From assembly GCA_050014935.1 (NCBI GenBank), contig JBEKCJ010000021.1, positions 41-64,040 of the forward strand: a stretch of 64,000 nt of DNA, written 5' to 3'. Position 1 is the first letter of the stretch. Each line of letters starts with the position of its first letter. Shown here piece by piece: positions 9,399 to 18,553 of the stretch. Source of the stretch: Candidatus Korobacteraceae bacterium (GTDB taxonomy: Bacteria; Acidobacteriota; Terriglobia; Terriglobales; Acidobacteriaceae). Made by a program: the position numbers and the translations under genes. The notes under the pieces were generated by a model. The model was not told where the DNA came from. It searched no databases and worked only from the letters and a program-made list of their open reading frames with translations.

Positions 9399-10376
9399 CT
9401 AATTTCCGGGGACCGGCTTCCAGGTCTTGTCGGGATTGAACTCGGTTATGGCCTTGGCCACATCGGTTGTTCCCTTCCCCAGGTCCTTTTCATACTCGAT
9501 GCCGTTCTGGTTGATGATGAACGTCGCGATGCCGGTTTCGCCGTACTTCTCCGGATACGCAAGGAACGCGAAGCCTCCGGTCATCTTCCCGTTCACGATG
9601 TAGTTTTTCGCACCGCCTTTTGCGTCGGCGCCCTGTTTGGTGAGAACGCTGTAGAAGTAGCCATGAAACGGCTGCTGCTTGCCCGCTTCCGGAGTGAATC
9701 CTTCCGTCGCAGCAGCGTACGCCGCCAGCGGTCCCAACGGACTCTTAGGTTGTCCCTCCGGGGACTTCCAATACAACCCGTTCTGCCTTCCTTCGTCGCT
9801 GACGATCTTCTGCGCGTATTGCTTCACGCCATCGTGATTTTGCGACATGTATTCGGTCTGGGCGTCGCCCATGGCTGCCAGAACGCCAATCACGGCCAGC
9901 TCGTTATCGCCGATGCGCCGCGCAAGGATCTCGTCTTTTCCAGCCGCCGTGTCAAAGTACCACTGGCCCGCGGCGTTCTTCTTAAGCGGGATGGGAAAAG
10001 GATTGTTGTCGGCCCCCAGGTAAAGCACCTCGCTTCCGTCGGTCTGTTTGCGCCAGCGGTTCATGGTCTGGTAAGCGTCGGTAAAACGCTCGAACGACAG
10101 CTTGTCCTGCGCCGCATCGCCGGAGAAAATGAGGTCCTTGGATTGCTGGCCGAAGATCGCGAGCAAGGCATCGCGATCACCCGCCTTCGCCGCCGCAACC
10201 AGCGCTTTGCCGCCATCCTCGGGAGTGGCGAACGTTTTAGGCCCGGCTTGGCTGGCGGCAGGCTTTTCGGGTTCAGGTTTGCTGCACGAGACGAATGAGG
10301 CCAGCAACACTAAGAGAGCTACCAGTGCCCAGCGGCTTGAGTAAACCGACTTGCGATCTCGGACGATGTGGAACAT
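9399..10376 (-). CDS. DUF2950 family secreted protein
   Basis: 325 aa with a signal peptide. FATPEDGGKALVAAAKAGDRDALLAIFG, NPFPIPL, RRIGDNELAVIGV, GLYW, PFHGYFY and GGFAFLAYPEKYGETGIATFIIN match the DUF2950 pattern. Adjacent to a DUF3300 gene, the usual partner. Confidence 0.85.
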   Translation of the reverse strand: MFHIVRDRKSVYSSRWALVALLVLLASFVSCSKPEPEKPAASQAGPKTFATPEDGGKALVAAAKAGDRDALLAIFGQQSKDLIFSGDAAQDKLSFERFTDAYQTMNRWRKQTDGSEVLYLGADNNPFPIPLKKNAAGQWYFDTAAGKDEILARRIGDNELAVIGVLAAMGDAQTEYMSQNHDGVKQYAQKIVSDEGRQNGLYWKSPEGQPKSPLGPLAAYAAATEGFTPEAGKQQPFHGYFYSVLTKQGADAKGGAKNYIVNGKMTGGFAFLAYPEKYGETGIATFIINQNGIEYEKDLGKGTTDVAKAITEFNPDKTWKPVPGN

Positions 10377-10421
10377 GCCAAGTCCTCCGAACTAAGTACT
10401 ATGAATGTTAAGTCTGACTTC

Positions 10422-10501
10422 TCGAAGGGGACGGCCTTCAGGCCGTCCGTAAATCCCTTAAAATCTCCTCGGCTTTAGCCGCCGAGGGACCTCGCCGTGA
10501 C
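10422..10501. repeat. two-hairpin intergenic element, family A, copy 3
   Basis: tcgaaggggacggccttcaggccgtccgtaaa...tcggctttagccgccgagggacctcgccgtgac, between the DUF2950 start and the DUF3300 stop. Confidence 0.8.
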
Positions 10502-10527
10502 TTAAGCCGAGTCGCCCGACGGCATTG

Positions 10528-11814
10528 CTATCTCCGCCCACCGCCACCAAAGCTGCGTCCACCACCGCCGAAGCTGCGTCCACCGCCGCCCCAGCCGCCT
10601 CCGCCGCCACGGCTTCCCCATCCCCGAGAACTGGATGAGCGCTCACCCCAACCGCCGCCGCTCGAGGAGTGATCTCCGAAGCCACTGAAGGCCGTTGATC
10701 CGCGTCCGCTACCACTATCGCTACCTCCCCAGCCGCGATCGGAAGCGCTGGAGTTGGCATGGTCTGCGCCGGCATTCTGCCGATTCGCATTGTTGACGTT
10801 GACGGTATTGCCGCTCACATTCGTGGTGTGGTTGTAGTTGTTCGAGCCGGTGTGGTTGTAGCCGCTATTGTTGTAGTTATTGCCGTGGTAGCCGCTGCTG
10901 TTGTAGCCGTTGTTGTAGTTGTTGTGATAGGCGTTGTTGTAGTTATTGTGGTACGCGTTGTTATAGTTGTTGTAGTTACCGTAATAGCCGCCGTGCCACG
11001 CGGCGTTACCGTAATAGGCTCCGCCGTGATAGTACACTCCGCCGCCGTGCCAGTCGCAGTTCCAACTGCTCCAGCCCCAGCCGCAGCAGCCTGCGCTCAT
11101 CATGGCTCCCACAGCTATTCCCGCTCCAAATGAGAGCAGCCCTGTGGCCACCAGAGCTCCTGTGCTGTAGCCGGGCGTGGTGTAAGGTACGCCGTAAATC
11201 ACCGTCGGGTTATACGCCGGAACGTAAACCACCTGCGGGTTCGTCGGCTGGATAACAATGGTTTGCGGCGACTGCTGTACCACCGTGATCTGCGAGCCGG
11301 ACTTGAGATTACCCGCGGCCTTGGCCTGCGCACGCAGGGTTTGCACCGCGGCCATTACCTCAGCTTGCTGGTTGTGATAGGCCTCTCCCAGTTGCGAAGT
11401 CCAGGCCAGGCTCTGCGCCATCTGGTTCAGCACCGATGGAAACTGCGTAAGCGCCTTGACGCTGGGGTCCCAGGATTGGCCGTTGACCGCGTTCATCAGG
11501 GCGCTGCCCGTCAAGCTCTTGTTCTGCTGGAGCCAGTTGTCGGCAACAGCCACCTGGTCAGGGAAGGTAGCAGCGCTGAGGATCTGGGCCACGAGCGCGT
11601 CAGGATAAAGCGCAATCGGCGCCACCAATCCCTGCAACTCGGCAGCGGTCAGCGGCGCTCCCTGCCCCGAGTAGTCGGAAGGTGCGGCAGATACTGGCGC
11701 GGCCTGCTGCTGGTCCTGAAAGAACATGGCATCCGCCTCGACCGGCGTCGTAAAAGCTACCAGAGCAAGGCAAAGAACAACGGATAAGGCTCGTTCACCA
11801 AAGGTCAGATTCAT
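10528..11814 (-). CDS. DUF3300 domain protein with N/Y/G-rich low-complexity C-terminal tail
   Basis: 428 aa with a signal peptide. LVAPIALYPDALVAQILSAATFPDQVAVADNW is the DUF3300 signature. The C-terminal ~170 aa are Asn/Tyr/Gly/Ser repeats ending in GGGGRSFGGGGRSFGGGGRR. Confidence 0.85.
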   Translation of the reverse strand: MNLTFGERALSVVLCLALVAFTTPVEADAMFFQDQQQAAPVSAAPSDYSGQGAPLTAAELQGLVAPIALYPDALVAQILSAATFPDQVAVADNWLQQNKSLTGSALMNAVNGQSWDPSVKALTQFPSVLNQMAQSLAWTSQLGEAYHNQQAEVMAAVQTLRAQAKAAGNLKSGSQITVVQQSPQTIVIQPTNPQVVYVPAYNPTVIYGVPYTTPGYSTGALVATGLLSFGAGIAVGAMMSAGCCGWGWSSWNCDWHGGGVYYHGGAYYGNAAWHGGYYGNYNNYNNAYHNNYNNAYHNNYNNGYNSSGYHGNNYNNSGYNHTGSNNYNHTTNVSGNTVNVNNANRQNAGADHANSSASDRGWGGSDSGSGRGSTAFSGFGDHSSSGGGWGERSSSSRGWGSRGGGGGWGGGGRSFGGGGRSFGGGGRR

Positions 11815-11952
11815 TGGAATAACCTCTTTACAACATCAAAGGCTTCGCTTTGCCGCGGAAGATATTAAGTCGCCGAAATTATAGCTGACGACCGTCACCC
11901 GCGACATCCAGGAAATTCGGGCGCCGCCGAGAGCCCTTACGAATTGGGCCCG

Positions 11953-13008
11953 CTATCTATTCCCGAAGGTCCAGCCCAGTCCTGTACTGGTGCCGTAATC
12001 GCTGCCCGAGAAGTTTGCCGGCGGCCGGTTGTCCCAGTTGCCATAGAACGAAATATTCCAGGTCAGGTTGCTGAAGACCTTTATGTAGTAGGACGTATTC
12101 ATGTTCACATGGACGCGGCCGGGCTGGTTGAGCGCCGGCAACACGATGGCGCCAAGATCAAAGCTGGTCTTGTTGAAACGGAAGAACCGCATCTGCCCCG
12201 CCACCAGCGCGGCTGCGAGATTTTGATTGGGAATGGGTTCGGCGGTAGCCTGGTACGCCGTATCCTGCCAGGCCAAGCCCCCCAGCAGCGAGATCTGCGC
12301 GTTGTTGGTGTTCTTAAAGTAGCGTCCAATCCCGCCGCCCAGCGTGCCTTGCAGGTTGATATCCTGCTCCGAACTTTGCAGGAAAATGCCTATCCCCTGG
12401 TAGAACCAGTTATCCCACCGCAACAGACGCTGGCTCTGAAGATTCACCTGATTTCTGGTGGACGGACTGGCGCCGGTACTGGAAGCCAACGTCGAACTGT
12501 ACTCCCCCTGCGCGCTCCAACGCTCGCGTGGATACTGAACCAGGGAGTCCAGGTTGAACTGGGTGGATTGGTTCCCTTTGGAATAGATAGCGCCCAGGTT
12601 TATGTCGCCGTTGAAGCGCTGCCAGAAACTTTGCGATGTCTGGTCGATTTTTACGACCTGCCTGCGTTCGAGTGCGACTTTCGTTTCCGGACCCGTGGCC
12701 ACCTCGATTTCCATTGGCCGGTCGCTCGGCACATCAGAGGTGGAAAGCGTCCCGGTGTAGACTGAGCCACTCGCCGTCTTGACGATAAAGAGTTGCGTGC
12801 TCTCCACGTGGTGTACCTTGGACCACTGCACGGAGCTGGTGCCCAGAATGTAATCCATGTTCAAGTAGAGCACGCCTGAATTCAATCCCTTGATCTCGCC
12901 CGTCAGGCGATCGCCGTTCTTCATCACCACCACATCCGTTTTATCCCGTCCGAACAGCGGCGCGACCAGCAGAAGGAACGCGCATAGCACCAGGTTATGA
13001 AATTTCAT
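11953..13008 (-). CDS. DUF481-like outer-membrane beta-barrel protein
   Basis: 351 aa with a signal peptide. The N-terminal VVMKNGDRLTGEIKG module and alternating beta-strand sequence ending in an aromatic residue are typical of DUF481/YdiY-like proteins. Confidence 0.7.
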   Translation of the reverse strand: MKFHNLVLCAFLLLVAPLFGRDKTDVVVMKNGDRLTGEIKGLNSGVLYLNMDYILGTSSVQWSKVHHVESTQLFIVKTASGSVYTGTLSTSDVPSDRPMEIEVATGPETKVALERRQVVKIDQTSQSFWQRFNGDINLGAIYSKGNQSTQFNLDSLVQYPRERWSAQGEYSSTLASSTGASPSTRNQVNLQSQRLLRWDNWFYQGIGIFLQSSEQDINLQGTLGGGIGRYFKNTNNAQISLLGGLAWQDTAYQATAEPIPNQNLAAALVAGQMRFFRFNKTSFDLGAIVLPALNQPGRVHVNMNTSYYIKVFSNLTWNISFYGNWDNRPPANFSGSDYGTSTGLGWTFGNR

Positions 13009-13093
13009 TTAGGATGTTCCTTTGGTGCGGCGATTTTACCTGCCGTCTAACGGCAAGGGAAGGAATTAGACTTGACTCGACACTCAGAAGGCT

Positions 13094-14137
13094 ATGAATA
13101 CTAAGGGTTCTGGCTCGCAGGCTGCTCAGCGGTCGGCTGGGTTCAGGGCGCTGCGGATGCTGGGAACCGCGCTCCTGTGGCTGGTTGTCACCTTGCTCAC
13201 CCTGTGGGCCGTGGCAGCCCTTTACGTTGATTTTCGCGTGCCCTGGCTGCGCGTCCCCATCACGGTGGTCTATATACTTGCGATCGTCGTGATCCTCTTC
13301 CGGGTCAAACGACGGATGTGGGCCGCCGCTCTCTGCCTGGCAGGCTTCTGTATCGTTCTGGCGTGGTGGCTCAGCTTAAAGCCGTCGAACGACGGCGACT
13401 GGCAGGCCGATGCCGCTCGCACCGCCTCGGTCGACATCGATGGAGATCGCGTCACCATCCACAACCTGCGCAACTGCCACTACGTTACCAAGAAGGACTA
13501 CTCCGATTGCTGGAGCGACCGGACGGTGTATCTATCGCAACTCCGCCACGTCGACCTTTTCTTCACTACCTGGGGGCCAAAATACATCGGCCACCCGATT
13601 CTCAGCTTCCAATTCGGAGACAACGACCACATCGCATTTTCCATCGAGGCGCGCTACAAAGTCGGCCAGTCGTACTCGGCAATTCTTGGGTTCTTTCGGC
13701 AGTACGAGCTGGTCTTTATAACTGCCGACGAGCGCGACGTCATTCGCCTGCGCACCAACTACCGCAAGGATGAGGAAGTGTTTCTGTATCGCACTACCGT
13801 GTCAGCGGAACGAGCGCGCGAGATATTCCTCATCTACGCCGATTACCTGAATAAGTTGAGAGATCATCCGGAGTGGTATAACGCGGTAACTCGAAACTGC
13901 ACCACGACGCTCGACAGCAAGATCGCCTCGGACATCAAGAATCCTCAGCCCTGGAACTACCAGCTCCTCCTCAACGGCACGCTGGACGAATTGTTATACG
14001 ACCGGGGGCGTCTGGTGACCGGCGGCCTTCCCTTCCCGGAATTGAAGCAGCGGGAACACATCAACGACGCCGGTCGCGCGGCGGATGACTCTCCTGACTG
14101 GTCCGCTCTGATTCGCGCAGGACGAGTAGGGTTCTAG
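13094..14137 (+). CDS. DUF4105 (Lnb N-terminal-like) membrane protein
   Basis: 347 aa with N-terminal TM helices. ILSFQFGDNDHIAFSIEARYKVGQSYSAILGFFRQYELVFITADERDVIRLRTNYR matches the DUF4105 core as I remember it. Confidence 0.75.
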   Translation: MNTKGSGSQAAQRSAGFRALRMLGTALLWLVVTLLTLWAVAALYVDFRVPWLRVPITVVYILAIVVILFRVKRRMWAAALCLAGFCIVLAWWLSLKPSNDGDWQADAARTASVDIDGDRVTIHNLRNCHYVTKKDYSDCWSDRTVYLSQLRHVDLFFTTWGPKYIGHPILSFQFGDNDHIAFSIEARYKVGQSYSAILGFFRQYELVFITADERDVIRLRTNYRKDEEVFLYRTTVSAERAREIFLIYADYLNKLRDHPEWYNAVTRNCTTTLDSKIASDIKNPQPWNYQLLLNGTLDELLYDRGRLVTGGLPFPELKQREHINDAGRAADDSPDWSALIRAGRVGF

Positions 14138-14184
14138 ACGATCAATCCGGAGCTGAGAAACTCGCTGATACGCCGTTTTGAAGA

Positions 14185-14222
14185 GGCGCAGCTTTAGATG
14201 CGCCGTGGCACGCCCTTTTTTT
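14185..14222 (+). terminator. possible intrinsic terminator after the DUF4105 gene
   Basis: GGCGCA-8 nt-TGCGCC hairpin followed about 11 nt later by a T7 run (14216-14222). The geometry is not canonical. Confidence 0.3.
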
Positions 14223-14235
14223 ATTGTCATCTCCA

Positions 14236-14395
14236 GCCGACTTTAGAGGCCGCTGAAAAAGTCGGGATTTCGGGACTTTCGGGTAGAGCCAGCCTTCAGG
14301 CTGGCGTCTAAGTCCTTTTTTTCGACTGCGAGTTGGCTTCAGCCGACGGCACAACTGGCTGTTTGCAGACTTTTTCAGCGGCCTGTTTAGTCGGC
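14236..14395. repeat. MITE-like element bounded by 28-bp imperfect terminal inverted repeats
   Basis: gccgactttagaggccgctgaaaaagtc (14236-14263) pairs with gactttttcagcggcctgtttagtcggc (14368-14395) at 25/28 complementary positions. The interior carries short hairpins (ccagccttcaggctgg, gttggcttcagccgac). Confidence 0.55.
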
Positions 14396-14455
14396 GAGGG
14401 ATCCGTTTCAGCAACCTGCCGTCGGCCTAGAGTAACTCCGCCTCAACTCGATCCC

Positions 14456-16663
14456 CTAGAACAGTCTCCCCACGCGGAAGAAGAACTTGTGATGTCCCGT
14501 ATCGCCGTAGGCGTACGCCGCTTCCACCGGCCCGAAGATCGTGTTGACCACGATGCCCGCCGCAGCATCGGTTGGGAATCCCGACGCCTTGTTCACCATC
14601 GAGCTCGGTGGTCCGTAAACCTGCGCAGCCTCATAGACACCCAGGAAGTAAACACCGCTGCCCAGTAGCGGTGGCAGCTTTGCCAGTTCTCGTATGTATC
14701 CCAACTGGAACAGGAAGTACTTGTCCATCAACAGCTCGTTGGTTCCGTATGCCACCAACTCTCGAGAACCTCCCAGGGAGAACTGCGGGAGGCCGGTGTC
14801 GTAGTTAAACGTGGTTCCAGCCGATCCACTCAGAAAAACCGAGGACGGTTCGTTCAGCTTGTGGTAAAGCTGCCCGGTACCTGCGAGGACGGGATACGGT
14901 TTGGGGGCTTCTGGACTAGCGTTATACCAATAAAAATCGCCCGTGAAGCTTTGTCCTGCACGAGGAATAACAGCGTCATCCAGGCGATCCAGCCGGTATT
15001 GGATCTTGCTGGCGCCGTAGCCACCCGAAAAATTCTTCAGCTCGGTCTGTCCGATTTGCCGTGCGAAGTTCTGCCACCCACCTTCGTAGCCGACGCGGAG
15101 TTCACCGGTGTTGCTGAACTGATATCCCGCGTCGAATCCGCCGCCCAGGGTGGTGCGCCGATAGGTGGCCATCAGTTGGTTGTCGTCGTACAGGTAGAGG
15201 GGATTGTTATCGGCCAATACGCGGGGCGCAACGAACCAGTGACTGAAAGGAGTTACGGGATGGTAATACTCCGAATTCAGGCCGTAGTCGGAGAATAGAA
15301 CGAAGTCCGTGCGCCATTCCGAGCGGAAGCCGCCAAAATCCAGAAACGTTACTCGAGCTCCCATGTCGAGAGTAACATTCTTCAAACTGGATCCGTCGAT
15401 GAGGATAAGCGGCCGAACGATGGGCGGCCCATAGGAGTTTTCCTCGGTCTTTATCAGCAGGCCCTGCTGGCCGTTTACCTGCTCGAAGGAATAGCTGAGC
15501 ACGGAATATCGCCCAAACCCCTTCAAGCGCATGATGTCATAGTCCAGTTGGTCAAAATCGATGGGCTTGCCCACGACGCCGGCCAGTTGATGTTCGACAC
15601 GCCGGGAAAGGTCTGCATTCACGCCCTCCACCGCGACAAACATCGGAACTGGATCGGAAAGGCGGCGAGATGCGCGATTGGCCAGGTATTGCTTCCAGGT
15701 GGCGTCATCCACCGCGAGGGTCAGAAGCACCTTGGACTTCGCCGCCGCAGCGTCATATCCGGCCTTGATGATGGCGTCAGCGTCGTCAAAACTTAACGCG
15801 CCCCATTTCTGCACTGGCACCGAGACGAGGATGTCCGCATTCTCCATGTTCTGGAGTTCATTGGCGTTGATCATTACCGACAGCGACTGGCCGAGGACCG
15901 AGAAGGTGTTGAGATTCGCATTGGGAAGCATCGGAGCCTCCGCCAGGTGAATCGCCACCGTCAGGTCTGCTCCCATATCTTTCGCTACATTGACGGGAAT
16001 GTTATTGATCAATCCACCGTCGGCATAGATGGCATCTTTCGTGCGCACGGGTGTGAAAATTCCCGGCAAAGACATGGTGGAACGCAGCGCCAGTGACAAC
16101 GATCCACCACGGAAAACCTTGGCCTTGCCGCTGACCAGGTCGGTGGCTACGCAGGCGAACGGAGTCGGAAGGTCGTTGAAGCTCTTGATCTCCGAGTAAG
16201 GAAGCGCGATCTTATCCAGCACCAGTGAGACCTGCTGGCCGGAATTGAAGCCCTCGGGAAATTGCAGTCCCTTTCGTAATCCGAACTCAAGGCTGTTGGG
16301 ATAGGCGCGGACATCCTCTTTGCGGCGGAAGGCGAGGTCGTTAAAGGGCGTCTGTCCTGCCATCACCTCGTCCCAGGGAATGCCGTTCACGATCTGGCGC
16401 ATCTCAGCGGCATTGTGTCCGGTGGCATATACCCCGCCGACCAATCCGCCCATACTGGTGCCGGCTATGTAGTCAATCGGGATGTGGTGTTCCTCCATCC
16501 ACGTAATGACGCCAACGTGGGCGAGCCCCAGGGCCCCTCCACCTTGCAGCGCCAAACCAACGGTAGGACGGCTGGGCTTGGATGTTGGCGCTTGCGCGAC
16601 GGCAGATACGACCGAAAGTATGAGGGCGACGCTCGTGAACACTAGCCTGAGACGTGGGCGCAT
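14456..16663 (-). CDS. patatin-like phospholipase fused to an Omp85/BamA-type barrel (PlpD-like, type Vd autotransporter)
   Basis: GLALQGGGALGLAHVG oxyanion motif, GTSMG nucleophile and ADGGL Asp motif, followed by a long C-terminal beta-barrel ending FFFRVGRLF. Start set to the M preceding the signal peptide (MRPRLRLVFTSVAL); the track ORF starts 18 codons earlier. Confidence 0.85.
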   Translation of the reverse strand: MRPRLRLVFTSVALILSVVSAVAQAPTSKPSRPTVGLALQGGGALGLAHVGVITWMEEHHIPIDYIAGTSMGGLVGGVYATGHNAAEMRQIVNGIPWDEVMAGQTPFNDLAFRRKEDVRAYPNSLEFGLRKGLQFPEGFNSGQQVSLVLDKIALPYSEIKSFNDLPTPFACVATDLVSGKAKVFRGGSLSLALRSTMSLPGIFTPVRTKDAIYADGGLINNIPVNVAKDMGADLTVAIHLAEAPMLPNANLNTFSVLGQSLSVMINANELQNMENADILVSVPVQKWGALSFDDADAIIKAGYDAAAAKSKVLLTLAVDDATWKQYLANRASRRLSDPVPMFVAVEGVNADLSRRVEHQLAGVVGKPIDFDQLDYDIMRLKGFGRYSVLSYSFEQVNGQQGLLIKTEENSYGPPIVRPLILIDGSSLKNVTLDMGARVTFLDFGGFRSEWRTDFVLFSDYGLNSEYYHPVTPFSHWFVAPRVLADNNPLYLYDDNQLMATYRRTTLGGGFDAGYQFSNTGELRVGYEGGWQNFARQIGQTELKNFSGGYGASKIQYRLDRLDDAVIPRAGQSFTGDFYWYNASPEAPKPYPVLAGTGQLYHKLNEPSSVFLSGSAGTTFNYDTGLPQFSLGGSRELVAYGTNELLMDKYFLFQLGYIRELAKLPPLLGSGVYFLGVYEAAQVYGPPSSMVNKASGFPTDAAAGIVVNTIFGPVEAAYAYGDTGHHKFFFRVGRLF

Positions 16664-16875
16664 AGCGCTTCTCCAGAACGGTGAAAACAGCTTGTGGTGG
16701 TGGCAGCAGGGCTCCATGAGTCCTTAGCCTAAAGCAACCCTACTGGTGCAGGTTGCAGTGGACGTGAACGGAATCCCGGTTTCGCGTGCTTGGGTGAAGG
16801 ATTAGGTTACATCACCCGCTACTTCCATACCATCCATTCCATTCGAAAGTGCGGCACGGAAGCGCCTCCTGAGGA

Positions 16876-17547
16876 TCAATGACAGGACCCATCATCCTGA
16901 AACTGGCCGCTGGATGCCATGGCCGCCAGCGAACGGGCGCAGGTCAGGATTTGCTGGTTCAAGGGGTCGTCCTTGAGCGCATCCGCGGAGATGTAGTTCA
17001 TGTCTTTGCGCGCGGCCAGAACTTTATTGCTCAGCTTCTGCATGTTGTCGAACTCATTGCTGAGAAGTTGAAAAGCGCTGTGATCGGCGTCAGTTGACGC
17101 TGCCACGGAGGCTAACCGGAGACTCGTCGACGCCTGGCCCCGGTAAGTAGCCACGAAGGCATCGGTCACGGGATAGCCATTTTGAACGGCGTCAAGCAAC
17201 GCGCTGCGCCATTCCCGGATAACCGACATCTCCTCGATGCCCGCCCTCAGAAAATCCTTCGAGAACGCGGAAGCGGGCTGGGTCGCCGCAGCCGGCGGCG
17301 GCGTGGCGTCGCCGCTGGAGCCAGGCAGCGTCAACGTAACTTGATTGCCCTTGAAGCTGAGCGAGCCGTTGATGAGACGCGCCAGGGCCGTGATGTCCAC
17401 GTAAGACCTGCCGTTGATCTGGAGCACCGGAGTTTGACCCGGCTGCCCGCTTACCACGAGTGTCCCGTTCGGGTGGGCTTGCGGGAATGCCGGCATCCCC
17501 GCCGCGAAAATGAAACACAGCAATAACGGCAACATCCATTTCAGCAT
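16876..17547 (-). CDS. hypothetical secreted protein
   Basis: Start chosen at ATG 17547 (AGGGAG RBS; MLKWMLPLLLCFIFAAGMPAF signal peptide). The longer track ORF overlaps the upstream gene. No family recognised. Confidence 0.55.
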   Translation of the reverse strand: MLKWMLPLLLCFIFAAGMPAFPQAHPNGTLVVSGQPGQTPVLQINGRSYVDITALARLINGSLSFKGNQVTLTLPGSSGDATPPPAAATQPASAFSKDFLRAGIEEMSVIREWRSALLDAVQNGYPVTDAFVATYRGQASTSLRLASVAASTDADHSAFQLLSNEFDNMQKLSNKVLAARKDMNYISADALKDDPLNQQILTCARSLAAMASSGQFQDDGSCH

Positions 17548-17594
17548 TTCGATTCTCCCTTTGCCTCTTCGCCAGCTGCCAGCGGAGGAAGCAA

Positions 17595-18347
17595 TCACTT
17601 GGACAACGAGTCCTGAAGGCTTACCAGGTTTTGCGGCACCACGTGAATTAGGCCGCGGCGCGGGCTGTCGATGTCCGCTATCAGAAAGAAGGCGATGGCG
17701 GCGATCAGCGGCAAAACAAAAAGCAGGCCGGACTTTACTCCAGCACCGTGCGCTCCATAGCCGACCAAAACGTTGCAACAGATGGCCATCCCCAGCATCA
17801 AGCCCCATGCAGAACCAGGGATCCGGTTCCACCACGCCGCCTGAGTGTACCCCTGCGAGTTCAAAACATCATTCATACCCCAAACGGCAAGGGCGCTTAT
17901 GGGGGTGGGATTCGCCAAGGCGGGATTCTGTACCGCCAGCCACATCTCGTTCTGTAGTTGTGCGGTATCGGCGTCAATGTGCTGTAGCTCCTGTTCATTG
18001 CGGGTTTTGTAGTACGAGATGCGTAACTCGAGATATTTCCTGAGCTCTCCACGTACCTTCGTCGCATCCGCAGCCGGCAGCAGTCCCGCCCGGACATATT
18101 CGGTGCCGATGGCGTTGGCTTCCGCTTCCTCGTAGTTCTTGCGCTGGTCGTAGCGGCTGATGGCCATGGAGAAACTGAATCCGATGATGAGGGCGAGCAG
18201 GGTCAGGGTGGCGGCCTGCACCGTGTTGAAATCCTCGCGCTCGTCGTCTTTCAGGGCCCGAAACCGGCGCAAGGAAATTCCGGCCTGCGCCGAGAGCCAA
18301 AGCAACACCACCGAAAAGAAGAAGAAAACGAATGGGTAGTTCAACAT
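17595..18347 (-). CDS. DUF4239 family membrane protein
   Basis: 250 aa. TVQAATLTLLALIIGFSFSMAISRYDQRKNYEEAEANAIGTEYVRAGLL plus C-terminal TM helices match DUF4239 (bestrophin-like) proteins. Confidence 0.8.
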   Translation of the reverse strand: MLNYPFVFFFFSVVLLWLSAQAGISLRRFRALKDDEREDFNTVQAATLTLLALIIGFSFSMAISRYDQRKNYEEAEANAIGTEYVRAGLLPAADATKVRGELRKYLELRISYYKTRNEQELQHIDADTAQLQNEMWLAVQNPALANPTPISALAVWGMNDVLNSQGYTQAAWWNRIPGSAWGLMLGMAICCNVLVGYGAHGAGVKSGLLFVLPLIAAIAFFLIADIDSPRRGLIHVVPQNLVSLQDSLSK

Positions 18348-18488
18348 GCCGTCCGGGCCTCCGTCAGATCTGGCTCAGTTGAAGAAAAGGGCCTTTTTGC
18401 CGCTGTGTCCATCCTGGCCCGCCGTGCCAGTGAGAATGCGCGAAGCTCTTGCTCACTCCAGTGCACTCCGATTGCGGCGATTGAGGAA

Positions 18489-18504
18489 CTGTCGCCTGCG
18501 ACAG
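18489..18504. promoter_or_regulatory. palindromic operator-like site A (CTGTCGC-CT-GCGACAG)
   Basis: ggaaCTGTCGCCTGCGACAGgtgccac, about 140 bp upstream of the DUF4239 gene start. It is one of five copies of the same palindrome in this window. Confidence 0.5.
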
Positions 18505-18553
18505 GTGCCACAAAGTGGGATCACAAGCCCTTGCGAAAGAACGCGCTCCCCTA

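Noticed and set aside
10800-11000. Short tandem nucleotide periodicity that could be mistaken for a tandem-repeat locus or CRISPR-like array
   Set aside because: It lies inside the DUF3300 reading frame and encodes the N/Y-rich tail. The repeats are imperfect, only 12-30 nt, and lack spacers.
16664-17835. N-terminal extensions of track ORFs (14456-16717 and 16876-17835) taken at face value
   Set aside because: The extensions precede obvious signal peptides and, for 16876-17835, overlap the upstream DUF4239 gene. Internal ATGs (one with a good RBS) are better starts.
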